Shown here piece after piece: positions 26,643 through 36,496 of a stretch of 64,000 bases of DNA. How positions within the stretch are numbered: position 1 is the first letter of the stretch; every line of letters starts with the position of its first letter. The stretch spans positions 124,001 through 188,000 of IMG/VR virus record IMGVR_UViG_3300028569_002417. The stretch is one strand, 5' to 3'. The position numbers and the translations under genes were made by a program. Below the pieces are notes generated by a model, which was not told where the DNA came from, ran no database searches, and saw nothing but the letters and a program-made list of their open reading frames with translations.

Positions 26643-27194
26643 ATGCTTGATATTGTACACAATTTCCCCATTACTGAAGCTGAATTTTTTGATTTGGATA
26701 AGAAGTTTTCAAAGCTTTGCTGGCATGCTGCTCATGAATTGAAGAAAAAGAATACAAACAATAATTTTCTTGATGATGCAGAAGACATCAAACAAGAATT
26801 ACAAATGAGTATGCTTCGTGCTGGAAGTTATTATAAGCGTCAGGTTTATATCGAGAAATGCTTTGAAATTGCCAAGAATTATGTGAGTGATCAATTCATC
26901 ATGAAGGTTCTTAAAGAGCTTGAGAATCTTTGGAGCAATAGAACCAGACATGGTGCAAATAGGCAGAAGTATGGTCATTTCCAAGAAAAGATACTTGACA
27001 GAATAATTAACAAGTTTGTGCCTAAAGAACATAGGCCTAAGAAGGATGCTCCTTTGAAGATTGACAGTAAGTTTACAACATATTGCAAGGCAATTGTGTG
27101 GAACGGTCAGAAGAGCATGGGCAAAAAGATTACCCGTGAAAAATCGATTCGTAGCGGTATGGTTTCACTAAGCGAGTTTGATTTCTTACATTGA
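26643..27194 (+). CDS. sigma70 region-2-like protein, possible phage sigma factor
   Basis: DAEDIKQELQMSMLRA (2.1/2.2-like), SKFTTYCKAIVWN (2.3/2.4-like); no region 4 HTH. Confidence 0.5.
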   Translation: MLDIVHNFPITEAEFFDLDKKFSKLCWHAAHELKKKNTNNNFLDDAEDIKQELQMSMLRAGSYYKRQVYIEKCFEIAKNYVSDQFIMKVLKELENLWSNRTRHGANRQKYGHFQEKILDRIINKFVPKEHRPKKDAPLKIDSKFTTYCKAIVWNGQKSMGKKITREKSIRSGMVSLSEFDFLH

Positions 27195-27210
27195 GATTAA
27201 TATAATATCT

Positions 27211-27309
27211 TGAGCAGCATAGTTCGCCGTCCTGACCATATTTTATAAAATACATTTAATTAATTTACATAGTCCGATCTAATGGCTGAGTTTAACGGCG
27301 TGCTGCTCA
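27211..27309 (+). ncRNA. candidate ~100-nt hairpin RNA or origin-like inverted repeat
   Basis: TATAAT at 27201-27206; TGAGCAGCA/TGCTGCTCA and GCCGT/ACGGC arms; T-run after 27309. Confidence 0.45.
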
Positions 27310-27378
27310 TTTTTTTCAAATCAATCTGGATCATTCCATATTTTGTGCTATTCTGGTGTGAGCCTATAGGAATCATAG

Positions 27379-28908
27379 ATGCGTGAACTCACACCAGAAG
27401 AACAAGCCCAACTTGAGTCAATGACTGACCCAGAGGTGGTCAAATCAAAGTTTGCATGGGACGATACTTTTCAGCGCAGACTCTTAGCAATGCTTTTAAC
27501 TGATGATTACATGCTTATTCAGTCGATGGATAAAATAAAGCCAGAATATTTCAGCAATGAATCTCATATTCTTATTTGTCGAATTCTTTTGACTTATTTT
27601 ACCAAAGAAAAATTTAGACCTAAAGATTGGATCATATCTCAAGAACTTACCAATCTTCTAAAGGATCGTGATCGCACAATTCAGTTGCATTATCAGGCCG
27701 AACTCAAAAGCATATATGACTATTACGTTCCGGGAGTTGATTCCCGTGAATACTTGATCGACAAAGTAACATATTTCGCTAAAGTTCAAGCTGTAAAGCT
27801 TGCTTTCCATTCTAGTTTGGAAAAAATGCAAGAAGCTCCTGAGGATGAAAAGACATGGAGTTTTGTTTACGAAAAAATGCGTGAAGCAATGCTTATCGAC
27901 AGGAGCTACGAACCCGGTCTTGAATACTTCATGAACATTGATGAAATGTTTCGTCGTATGGACGATGTATTTGTCGGTAAAGACAGATTCACATCAGGTT
28001 TCCCAGCAATTGATAATGCTTTAACTGGTGGTGGATTATTTGCTGGTCAGATAGCAAGTTGGATTGGTTTGCCGGGAACTGGTAAATCATTAGCCTTAGT
28101 AAAGGCGGCTGTTGAAAATGTACTCTTGGGCCATAAGGTTCTTTATATCACGTTGGAAATGGATGAACTTGGCATTGTGCAGCGTTTTACAAGTCAGTTC
28201 GCAAAGAAGGACATCAATAATCTTCGTGACATGAAAGATGAAATCAAAGCAACTATCGAAGAATTCAAGAAGGACAAGGCAGATCCTAACCTTTTGCATG
28301 TCAAGCAGTTTCCCGGTGGTCAGATTGATGTTAACGGCATAAGAGCCTACATGGCTCAGTTGGAGCTAAGAGGATGGAAACCTAATGTTTTAATTGTTGA
28401 CTATGTTGGTGAAATGAAAGACGATCCATCAGTTAAAAAATATGAAAGTGCCTATCGTATTTTGCGTGATCTTCGTGGTTATGGAGTTGAAAAAGGTCAC
28501 TGCACTTTCACATGCGTTCAGCCAAATCAAACAGCCGCAAAGCTTGAAATTGGACAATTTATTGATGAGTCTAATATCGGCACAAGCTTTGATCAGTTCA
28601 AGCCTCTTGATGCTTTTTGGTCAATTAATCAGCAGGTTTTGGAGAAGGATGCTGAAGTTGGAAGGGTTTTTGTCATTAAGCATAGGAATGGTAGATCAAG
28701 GTTCGCATTCAAGATTGGCTTTGATTATAAGATTGGTACTCTTGATATGTTTGAAATATCGAAGGATACATATCGTGAAAGAATGAACTTGGTTCAAGAA
28801 AAGAAAGCTGAAGAAGTTACTATGGACAATGTAGGCGATGCTCCTTCGGGTAAGAGGCAGCGCAGTAAAAAGGGATTTGTTCCAGAAGAAGACACCTACG
28901 AGGCATAA
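27379..28908 (+). CDS. dnaB: replicative DnaB/gp41-like helicase
   Basis: GLPGTGKS Walker A, VLYITLEM, LIVDY, VIKHRNG. Confidence 0.9.
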   Translation: MRELTPEEQAQLESMTDPEVVKSKFAWDDTFQRRLLAMLLTDDYMLIQSMDKIKPEYFSNESHILICRILLTYFTKEKFRPKDWIISQELTNLLKDRDRTIQLHYQAELKSIYDYYVPGVDSREYLIDKVTYFAKVQAVKLAFHSSLEKMQEAPEDEKTWSFVYEKMREAMLIDRSYEPGLEYFMNIDEMFRRMDDVFVGKDRFTSGFPAIDNALTGGGLFAGQIASWIGLPGTGKSLALVKAAVENVLLGHKVLYITLEMDELGIVQRFTSQFAKKDINNLRDMKDEIKATIEEFKKDKADPNLLHVKQFPGGQIDVNGIRAYMAQLELRGWKPNVLIVDYVGEMKDDPSVKKYESAYRILRDLRGYGVEKGHCTFTCVQPNQTAAKLEIGQFIDESNIGTSFDQFKPLDAFWSINQQVLEKDAEVGRVFVIKHRNGRSRFAFKIGFDYKIGTLDMFEISKDTYRERMNLVQEKKAEEVTMDNVGDAPSGKRQRSKKGFVPEEDTYEA

Positions 28909-28910
28909 AA

Positions 28911-29084
28911 ATGGCTAAATATAAAGTTTTTGAAAATGTTCTGAATGAATATGTCAATCATCCAACTCAAGTTTTGGTTGACGAAGTTGAGGCTAATTCC
29001 CCAGAAGAAGCGGCTAATATTATCCGTATGATCCACCCAAATAAAGGTTCACTGACAATCAATGGTCAGCAATTCGAGGGATAA
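28911..29084 (+). CDS. small hypothetical protein (57 aa)
   Basis: Manual translation MAKYKVFENVLNEYVNHPTQVLVDEVEANSPEEAANIIRMIHPNKGSLTINGQQFEG; fits exactly between neighbours. Confidence 0.7.
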   Translation: MAKYKVFENVLNEYVNHPTQVLVDEVEANSPEEAANIIRMIHPNKGSLTINGQQFEG

Positions 29085-29086
29085 TC

Positions 29087-29821
29087 GTGAGAAATTTTGA
29101 AAAATCCATTTTCTCGCAAAGAGGACAAGATGGAATCAATGAGATCTTGGTTCATAGAATTTACAGTGACCCAAGATCTCATTTTTTTGTCGAAATAGGA
29201 ACTCAGGATGGAGGAGAATGCAATACACGATATTTTCGTGAAGCATATGGATGGAATGGATTGTTGATTGATGGAGAATATGAAAATCCTAAAATTAATT
29301 TACATAAACATTTTATAACTGTAGAAAACATCGTTGGTATATTGCAGAAATACAATGTTCAACGTGATTTTCAGTTGTTGTCTTTAGACATTGATCAAAA
29401 CACATTTTATATTCTTAAAAAAATCATGACATCTTTCAGGCCTGATATAATTGATGTTGAATACAATTCAACTCATAGTCCAGATGAAGACAAAGTTGTT
29501 TTTTATTATGATCATTCTAAGTGGGATAAAACAAATTATTTTGGTGGATCACTTTTAAGTTTTTATAATATGTTGAAACCATTAGGTTATTCGTTGGTTT
29601 ACACAGAAGTGACTGGAACAGATGCTTTTTTCGTCAAGAACGAAATAATCAGTAAGAAAAATTTATATTTTGAAAATATAAACGATGTTGCTAAAATCTA
29701 TAATAGTCCAAAATATGGACTTGGTCCTGATGGAGGTCATCCTCCAGATCAATTTGATCGTAGTTATTTTACCGCTGATCAGGCTTGTTTTTTTATTGGA
29801 GAATCATTATATGGCCAGTGA
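29087..29821 (+). CDS. FkbM-like methyltransferase-fold protein
   Basis: FSQRGQDG, FVEIG, GWNGLLIDG, LLSLDID. Confidence 0.75.
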   Translation: MRNFEKSIFSQRGQDGINEILVHRIYSDPRSHFFVEIGTQDGGECNTRYFREAYGWNGLLIDGEYENPKINLHKHFITVENIVGILQKYNVQRDFQLLSLDIDQNTFYILKKIMTSFRPDIIDVEYNSTHSPDEDKVVFYYDHSKWDKTNYFGGSLLSFYNMLKPLGYSLVYTEVTGTDAFFVKNEIISKKNLYFENINDVAKIYNSPKYGLGPDGGHPPDQFDRSYFTADQACFFIGESLYGQ

Positions 29822-30299
29822 TGCACCTTTGGAAAAAGTTCGAGTAACAGTTCAGGGTAAAGAGATCATTCTCGACCCTGATAACATGAAATATAATGAA
29901 AATAATCTCCCAGAATATATGAGTAAAGAATATGGATGGGTTGATTATTTGGGCAAACAACTGGAATATGCTCAGAAAGAATTATTGATTGCAGAAGTTG
30001 ATTCGGAAGCGATTTATAGTTTGAGATTCATTGAGTCAAAAGACGCTGGAAATTCAGATAATTATGCCAAGGCTTATTCAACAGCAAATGTTGATGTTGT
30101 TGCTGCAAAAAGACATGTTATCGATAGGAAAGAAGTTGTCGGGCATATTAAGGCTCATTTGAAAGCATGGGATAAGAATCATGAAAATGTACAAAATAGA
30201 GGTCATTCTTTAAGACAAGAAATGAAAGTTCTTAATCGTGATATTTATGATACTGATTCATCTAAAAATTCTTGTACATTTGAGGATTATCTGAAATAA
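29811..30299 (+). CDS. UvsY-like recombination mediator
   Basis: Helical 162 aa from ATG 29811; same window as SSB, UvsX and UvsW; LKAWDKNHENVQNRG segment. Confidence 0.5.
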   Translation: MASDAPLEKVRVTVQGKEIILDPDNMKYNENNLPEYMSKEYGWVDYLGKQLEYAQKELLIAEVDSEAIYSLRFIESKDAGNSDNYAKAYSTANVDVVAAKRHVIDRKEVVGHIKAHLKAWDKNHENVQNRGHSLRQEMKVLNRDIYDTDSSKNSCTFEDYLK

Positions 30300-30301
30300 G
30301 A

Positions 30302-30330
30302 TTGACATTTATTATTTTTTTTTGTAAAAT
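30302..30330 (+). promoter_or_regulatory. sigma70-type promoter
   Basis: TTGACA, 17 nt, TAAAAT. Confidence 0.7.
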
Positions 30331-30355
30331 AACTTCAGGCAAAAGGAGACAAGGA

Positions 30356-30880
30356 ATGTCAGAGTCGATTATGCGCTGGATGCGTCAAAGTGATATGCCT
30401 GAAATTGTTAAAATTGAAAACCAGTGTTTCCCCCATCCTTGGGATCGTGATGATTTTGATATTTGTCTTAAAAAGAAAGATCACATTGGAGTGGTCTTAA
30501 CCATAGACAAGAAAATTGTCGGCTATATGATTTTTAACTTTAATAAGAGTTCTTATAACATATTAAGCATAGCTGTTGACCCAAATCATTATAAAAATGG
30601 ATTTGGACGAAGAATGATAGAATACTTGAAGACAAAGATAAGGTCTTCAGCAGAAGGTCCAAAAGATAAGATTCATTTAATTGTTAGTGATCAGAATCTT
30701 AATTGTCACAATTTTTTGAAAGCTTTGAAATTTAAGGCCATTAGAATTCATAAGAGATATTTTGGACCAGAACATGATGCTTATGAATTTTTCCTTGACA
30801 TGAATGAGAATAAAGTCGAAGTCAAGAAAGTAAAAAATAGGAAACCAAGGAAAATAAAAGATGGCGACAGATTGGAATAA
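30356..30880 (+). CDS. rimI: RimI-like GNAT N-acetyltransferase
   Basis: MRWMRQSDMPEIVKIENQCFPHPW, IAVDP...GFGRRM, V..QN..C..F, DAY; SD AAGGA before ATG 30356. Confidence 0.8.
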   Translation: MSESIMRWMRQSDMPEIVKIENQCFPHPWDRDDFDICLKKKDHIGVVLTIDKKIVGYMIFNFNKSSYNILSIAVDPNHYKNGFGRRMIEYLKTKIRSSAEGPKDKIHLIVSDQNLNCHNFLKALKFKAIRIHKRYFGPEHDAYEFFLDMNENKVEVKKVKNRKPRKIKDGDRLE

Positions 30881-31289
30881 ATGGTTTCTTGGTCTTGCTG
30901 AATATGTTTCAACTGCATCAAAAGACCCTTCAACAAAAGTCGGTGCTGTGATAGTTGACGATGAACGCCGTGTGGTATCACTTGGATACAACGGTCTTCC
31001 TCGTGGAGTAGACGACACAGAAGAAAGACTTAACAATCGTGACCTTAAATATCGCATCATTGTTCATGCTGAGAGGAACAGCTTGTTGTTTGCAAGAGGT
31101 TCCGTTAAAGGATGTACAATTTACACATATCCCATGATGCCATGTGCTGTGTGTGCTTCTATGATTATTCAATCTGGAATTAAAAGGGTTGTTGCTCCAA
31201 GAAGCGATAACCCTCGTTGGCAGTCTGACATAGAACTTTCAATGCAGTTGTTTGGAGAGGCAGGAGTGGAAGTTGAATTTGTTGATTAA
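30861..31289 (+). CDS. dCMP deaminase (ComEB-like)
   Basis: SKDPSTKVGA, GYNG, HAE, PCAVC. Confidence 0.95.
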   Translation: MATDWNKWFLGLAEYVSTASKDPSTKVGAVIVDDERRVVSLGYNGLPRGVDDTEERLNNRDLKYRIIVHAERNSLLFARGSVKGCTIYTYPMMPCAVCASMIIQSGIKRVVAPRSDNPRWQSDIELSMQLFGEAGVEVEFVD

Positions 31290-31879
31290 GAAGACCAAAT
31301 ATTGATCTGTTTTTCAAATTTACATATTTGCTTTTTATAAAATAAATCAACTCTTTTTTTCAGTTGAGATTCCCAATCTTCTTGACATTCTGAAGTAAGA
31401 AGAAATTTCTTGTTTTTATCTTTTATTTGAAGTTGTCCATATCCAAGAGCTCCAATTGTGAGATTATTCCAGTCTAATTCACAAATATTAAAAACCTTTA
31501 CATCTAAAATTTCCACTAAATCTTTATTTCTTTTGTAATCAACAAAAATATAATTTAAGCTTTGGTTTTTGTTTTGGAAAAACTTTTTGAGTCTTTTTAC
31601 CGATATAAGGTTTGGCATCGAAAATCCAGCTTTTTCTTGGACATGATGTGTCTTGACATCGTAGAAAACATATTTTTTTTCAAATGGAATTATAAAGTCT
31701 TCTATTGATCTTTTGCTTTTGGCGGGGGAGAATCGTTCTTTGAATTGATATTCAACTATTTTAGAGCAAAGATTTTCTATCTTATCTCCTACAGCACGAT
31801 GAGAAAAAGTCTCGTCAATTGTGAAATTTTTGAGATTTTCAGCGATTATATTTTTTATTTCTAAATTCAAAATCATCAA
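31286..31879 (-). CDS. PD-(D/E)XK restriction endonuclease-like protein (HincII/EcoRV-like)
   Basis: RAVGDKIE, IEDF...YDVKT, PNLISVKRL, GQLQ. Confidence 0.55.
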   Translation of the reverse strand: MMILNLEIKNIIAENLKNFTIDETFSHRAVGDKIENLCSKIVEYQFKERFSPAKSKRSIEDFIIPFEKKYVFYDVKTHHVQEKAGFSMPNLISVKRLKKFFQNKNQSLNYIFVDYKRNKDLVEILDVKVFNICELDWNNLTIGALGYGQLQIKDKNKKFLLTSECQEDWESQLKKRVDLFYKKQICKFEKQINIWSS

Positions 31880-32883
31880 ATGATCTCTTCTTTTATCAAT
31901 TCTAAATTTGTAGATGAAATAAGTCCAGCGATAGGATATTTTCTTATGAGATTTTCAAAACCTTGAATAATTTGATCAGATTTAAGTTCTGTGATGCAAG
32001 GTTTTTGCATCTCTTTGCTTTTTGGGCAAACAATGCAAAGATAACATGGTCCGCATTCCCAATCGCCGTTATCACGATGTTTTTGCACAAGCTCAAAATC
32101 GTAATGTCTACCGTAAACCTTTCCATCAGTGAAAGAAAAAACACCAACTAGAGGTTTTTTTAACGCACCAGCAAGATGAAATGTTCCAGTATCAATTGAT
32201 ATTACATAATCTGCCGCTGCAACTAGCCCTTTCCAAGATTCAGGTTCAATTTTTATAAATTGTGGAATATTTATGCTTGTAAAAATTTCAAGAGGTTCAT
32301 TGTGAATGGTATAAACAAAAAATCCTTTATCACATAGTTTTTTGCATACTTCATATATTTGTGTGTCTGTTAAGCTTTTTGATTGTCCAAACATACATTT
32401 GGTTGATTTGGCCGCAACTAAAACCATTGGAAGCTTTTTAGTGTTTATTTCATATAATTTTTCAATATAAAATTCTTTTTCTTTGCATTCCATGAAGCAG
32501 TTATGGTTTGAAAGCTTAACACCACAATGATTGGCCCAGATATCGCTACGGTGAATGGTGTTTTTACCTCCCATTTTACTTTCATGCACACGACACACTG
32601 TCGTTATGTCATATGATGCTCCATATGTTCTTTCATTGATTTCTTCTATTGCCACTGTTTTTGCATAAGGATGATCTTTAGCAAATTCTAAATATGTTCT
32701 AGGACAGGCATATGTTAAATTAATTTCAGGCATTACCTTATGAAAATCTTCAAACATCATTCTTTGCATAATGATGTCGCCATATCCACCTGCTTTTCTC
32801 TTGATGAGGACTTTATTCCTTCTGAGAAAATGTTCTTTTATCGTGATTGGACAAATAGTTTTTTTCTTAACGTAAGGAAACAT
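31876..32883 (-). CDS. GT9 (heptosyltransferase-like) glycosyltransferase
   Basis: GGYGDIIM, ADYVISIDTGTFHLAGALKKPLVGVF. Confidence 0.85.
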   Translation of the reverse strand: MFPYVKKKTICPITIKEHFLRRNKVLIKRKAGGYGDIIMQRMMFEDFHKVMPEINLTYACPRTYLEFAKDHPYAKTVAIEEINERTYGASYDITTVCRVHESKMGGKNTIHRSDIWANHCGVKLSNHNCFMECKEKEFYIEKLYEINTKKLPMVLVAAKSTKCMFGQSKSLTDTQIYEVCKKLCDKGFFVYTIHNEPLEIFTSINIPQFIKIEPESWKGLVAAADYVISIDTGTFHLAGALKKPLVGVFSFTDGKVYGRHYDFELVQKHRDNGDWECGPCYLCIVCPKSKEMQKPCITELKSDQIIQGFENLIRKYPIAGLISSTNLELIKEEII

Positions 32884-33057
32884 ATATATCTTGTCTCTTT
32901 TTTACTACCTCAGTATTACAATTATACAAGTTCCAGCTGTCTGCATGGATGTTTGATCTTTATGTAATGCTTGAAACCCTAATGCAGGAAAAGGATGCTT
33001 CAAGGCACTTTTCAAAGGTAATTCAACTAAGTTTAATTGAAAACTTGAAATTGAGAC

Positions 33058-33089
33058 AGAGAGGTTAACCTTGTTGGTTCAACCTCTCT
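33058..33089 (-). terminator. hairpin immediately after the glf stop
   Basis: AGAGAGGTT/AACCTCTCT plus AACC/GGTT; no clear U-tract. Confidence 0.45.
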
Positions 33090-34212
33090 ATACAAATGTT
33101 CTAAACTTAGTTAATGCCGAAGCAATTGTCTGGTCGATGTCCAGATATTTATATTCACCAAGCCTTCCTCCAAAAGTAATTTCTTTGTGATTTGTTTTAA
33201 GATTGGCATATCTGTTGTATAAGTCACTGTTTTTATCATCTCTGATTGGGTAGTAAGGCTCAGGATGATCTTTGAATGCAACTGGGATGTCATAGGAAAC
33301 AACAGTTTCTTCTTTTGAATGTGGTTTTACTTCATAGTGTTTTGGAGCATTTTTGTAAAAATGCTTGTGTTCTATTGTTCTTATGTGTGGCACAGACATA
33401 TCTGTGTGGTTAAAAACAGCATTTCCTTGATAGTCACCATATATTGTTTTGTGTTCAAATCTTAAAGTGTTGTATTCCAAAGATCCAAACTCATAGTCGT
33501 AAAATTTATCTATCGGTCCTGTGTAAACCAGATGTTTGGCATAATCACGCCATTTGTTTCTAATTGTGAAAAAATCAGTGTTGAGTTCTGTTTTAATTCC
33601 ATCAAGCATATTTTTTATTGTTGCTGAGTATCCTTCATTTGGAATGCCTTGATATTTTGTTGTAAAATAATTTTCTTCATAAGTGAGTCTGATTGGCAGT
33701 CTCTGAATTATTGAGGATGGAAGATCTCTAGGTTCTTTCATCCATTGTTTTTTAGTGTATCCATAAAAGAATAATTCATAGATTTCCTTGCCAACTCTGT
33801 CTAAAGCCCATTCTTCAAAGTTTCTAGGATTTTCGCATGGTATTCGCACATCTTGTAGTTTGCGGTATGCTTCTTCTGGAGTGACAACTCCCCATAGTTG
33901 ATGAAGAGTCATCATGTTAATTGGAAATGAATAAACATTTCCTTGAGACAAAACTTTTGGTTTATTGATGAAAGGGTTGATTTTCGTGAATTTATTGATG
34001 AAATCCCATACTTCTTCGCTTTGAGTGTGGAATATGTGTGCTCCATATTCGCTTACAATGATGCCATTGTCCCATTTTCGGTCATATGTCGCACCAGCAA
34101 TGTGATTATTTTTATCAATTACAAGGCACTTTTTACCAGCATCTGCTGCTTTTCTTGCAAAGGTAGCGCCAAAGAATCCTGATCCCACAATCATGAAGTC
34201 AAATTCAGGCAT
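33088..34212 (-). CDS. glf: UDP-galactopyranose mutase
   Basis: IVGSGFFGA, HIAG, YGAHIFHT, YFTTKYQGIP, EPYYP, GRLGEYKYLD. Confidence 0.95.
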   Translation of the reverse strand: MPEFDFMIVGSGFFGATFARKAADAGKKCLVIDKNNHIAGATYDRKWDNGIIVSEYGAHIFHTQSEEVWDFINKFTKINPFINKPKVLSQGNVYSFPINMMTLHQLWGVVTPEEAYRKLQDVRIPCENPRNFEEWALDRVGKEIYELFFYGYTKKQWMKEPRDLPSSIIQRLPIRLTYEENYFTTKYQGIPNEGYSATIKNMLDGIKTELNTDFFTIRNKWRDYAKHLVYTGPIDKFYDYEFGSLEYNTLRFEHKTIYGDYQGNAVFNHTDMSVPHIRTIEHKHFYKNAPKHYEVKPHSKEETVVSYDIPVAFKDHPEPYYPIRDDKNSDLYNRYANLKTNHKEITFGGRLGEYKYLDIDQTIASALTKFRTFV

Positions 34213-35038
34213 TTTTACTCCCAGCTAGATGATCACTCAAACATCCTGCTAAGTATGCGTCACAGTATTCTTTTTGTGAACTCCAACCGTATTTGTAATA
34301 ATTCCTATTTCCAAGAAATCCAGTAACCCAAAAATCGATGTTATTTTCCATCCTATAGCCCCATGCTGTAAATGTTGGTATTTTTGCAGCAGGACCCCAT
34401 ATAGCACTCCAACTGTCACAAGCAAGAACAATATCAGCACGATAAATTGTAAAGGCTAATGCTTCTAATATCGACCAAGATCCAATTTTATTGATTGTTT
34501 TTTTAATGCTCTCTTTCTTCATTGTTCTTTCTATTGGATCATTTGGACCACCAACCATGTAAATGCTATAACCCTTTTCGTGCAATAAGTTTATACATCT
34601 GTCCCATATTGGTATATACCAATCTATAAATTGTTGTGGTTTTAGATCGATGCTTACTGGTTGAAGAACTGCTATTTTTTCAGTTTTTTCAGTTAAAGGA
34701 ATGTATTTTTTAAGGTCAACCCATGATTTCATGTCATTGTTTTCACGCAAAATCATTGGTTGAAGTATAGAGCAGTTGTGTTTTTTACTAAAATAGAAAG
34801 ATTCTCTGATGTCATAGTCAATGTCGTATTCTACGGATTTTATAAAATTACAAGATTTTATGATTTCTACGACATTTGGACATGATTGCTTTATCTTCCC
34901 GTGAGATTTGAAAATAGGAGATGTGTGAACAATAGCCGCATCATGTCCTAAAGCTTGCATTGCTATGTTTGCACGGCAAATATTTAGGCCAGTATCGCCT
35001 ATTGCTCCGGTTTCAAAATAAATATGTAAGTCTGACAT
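34205..35038 (-). CDS. GT9-like glycosyltransferase
   Basis: GAIGD, IYMVGG, ADIVLACDSWSA. Confidence 0.65.
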   Translation of the reverse strand: MSDLHIYFETGAIGDTGLNICRANIAMQALGHDAAIVHTSPIFKSHGKIKQSCPNVVEIIKSCNFIKSVEYDIDYDIRESFYFSKKHNCSILQPMILRENNDMKSWVDLKKYIPLTEKTEKIAVLQPVSIDLKPQQFIDWYIPIWDRCINLLHEKGYSIYMVGGPNDPIERTMKKESIKKTINKIGSWSILEALAFTIYRADIVLACDSWSAIWGPAAKIPTFTAWGYRMENNIDFWVTGFLGNRNYYKYGWSSQKEYCDAYLAGCLSDHLAGSKNA

Positions 35039-35052
35039 TACTCTTATTCAGT

Positions 35053-35685
35053 GTGAATATAAAAAATTATAATCTTATTGATTTGAAATGCAAGATTGAT
35101 TCTGATTTGCAAAAGCAAACCATAAGTGGTAGAGTTTTGCTTGATCGATTTTGCATGATTGATGAAACATCAAGAAAATCACCTTCATATACAGATCCAA
35201 ATTACGCTGGATTTTACTACCATTTTGGCAAATACATAGAACCAAATTCAATATTTGAATTCGGATTCGACCTTGGACTTTTTCCAGCAAGTTTCATGAT
35301 TTCATGTAAAACAGTTCAAAGATTTCTTGGTTTTAGAGAAAAAGATGGAGATTTTTTCTCTGAAAGAATAGGAGCGAGAAATATAAAAAAATCATTCAAA
35401 GGAAAATCTGATTATTACCATGGGACAATTTATGACAAAAAATTTGATAAATTTTTGATGAATTCTTGGGATATGATTATATTTGCCACTGAATATAAAT
35501 ATGATAAACAACTTGAATATCTTGATTTTATATGGCCTCATGTAAGTGATTACGGTATAATTGTTTGCGACAACTTAAACAGGCATTCTCCAACAAAAGA
35601 AGCTTTTAATGCATTCGCACAGAGTAAGAACAGGGAGCCTATTCTCTTTTCAACTCGTCACGGAACAGGATTGCTGCAAAAATAA
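35053..35685 (+). CDS. class I methyltransferase-fold protein
   Basis: IFEFGFDLG, WDMIIF, YGIIVCDN; start uncertain (GTG 35053). Confidence 0.6.
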   Translation: MNIKNYNLIDLKCKIDSDLQKQTISGRVLLDRFCMIDETSRKSPSYTDPNYAGFYYHFGKYIEPNSIFEFGFDLGLFPASFMISCKTVQRFLGFREKDGDFFSERIGARNIKKSFKGKSDYYHGTIYDKKFDKFLMNSWDMIIFATEYKYDKQLEYLDFIWPHVSDYGIIVCDNLNRHSPTKEAFNAFAQSKNREPILFSTRHGTGLLQK

Positions 35686-35728
35686 ATAAAAGGCAAGACT
35701 AATTTAAGTTGATGAACAGGAGGCTGTT

Positions 35729-36496
35729 GTGGGATTTGAATGTTGCTATTATTATCACGAAAAAGTAGATGGTGAATATAACAAAGAGGAGACAAAAACT
35801 TTCAAGAAGAAAGTTGGAGATCCTTTTGATGATGTTCCTCTTGAAAAAATAGCCGCATCAATCATGGCTCAGATGGCAAGAAGAGACATTTGGATCATTG
35901 ATGTTGAGATATTTGAGTTGAGTAAAAAACAAGTTAGTTTCAAAGAATCAAAGGGCGGAATTATAATCAAGAACAAGAAATTTTCCTTTGATGGTGGGGA
36001 AGATGTTTTTGTTGCCGTTGAAGAATTACCTCAGATATGTCAAGCCACTCCTTCCACGAACTCTCAATACACTGTTACGGAATTTCAGCAGACCAATTCT
36101 GTCAGTATGCCAGCACAACAGCTTTCTGCCGCTGCTCATCCCCACAATGTAAGTAAAACAGCTACTCGCAGGGTAGTTGATCAGATGGTTTTTTTGCCTG
36201 AACCTTTACATCTTCATCAAGCTAGACAGAAAAACATGAAGTTTACTGTTAATAAAAAGTATTTAATTTTTGAAAAGAGACTTGCTGCAAATGGAGTTGG
36301 TCAGGTTTTTGTAACACAAGATGATACAGGAAGAGATCAGATTGTGTCTGACATTTATTTTGTGCCAGCAAGTATAAATTTGGTTGCTGATAAAGAATTG
36401 AATTTTAGTGAAACCCCTGAAGAAAAAGATGGCGGTAATCTTTACTGGGGTAAAGCATCTAGTGAACCGGGAATGCCTGATCTTAGAAGGAGATGA
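35729..36496 (+). CDS. hypothetical protein
   Basis: 255 aa; SD AGGAGG before GTG. Confidence 0.8.
   Translation: MGFECCYYYHEKVDGEYNKEETKTFKKKVGDPFDDVPLEKIAASIMAQMARRDIWIIDVEIFELSKKQVSFKESKGGIIIKNKKFSFDGGEDVFVAVEELPQICQATPSTNSQYTVTEFQQTNSVSMPAQQLSAAAHPHNVSKTATRRVVDQMVFLPEPLHLHQARQKNMKFTVNKKYLIFEKRLAANGVGQVFVTQDDTGRDQIVSDIYFVPASINLVADKELNFSETPEEKDGGNLYWGKASSEPGMPDLRRR

Noticed and set aside
32949-33068. 39-aa plus-strand ORF between GT9 and glf
   Set aside because: Short, no SD, opposite to the flanking operon; cannot be supported.
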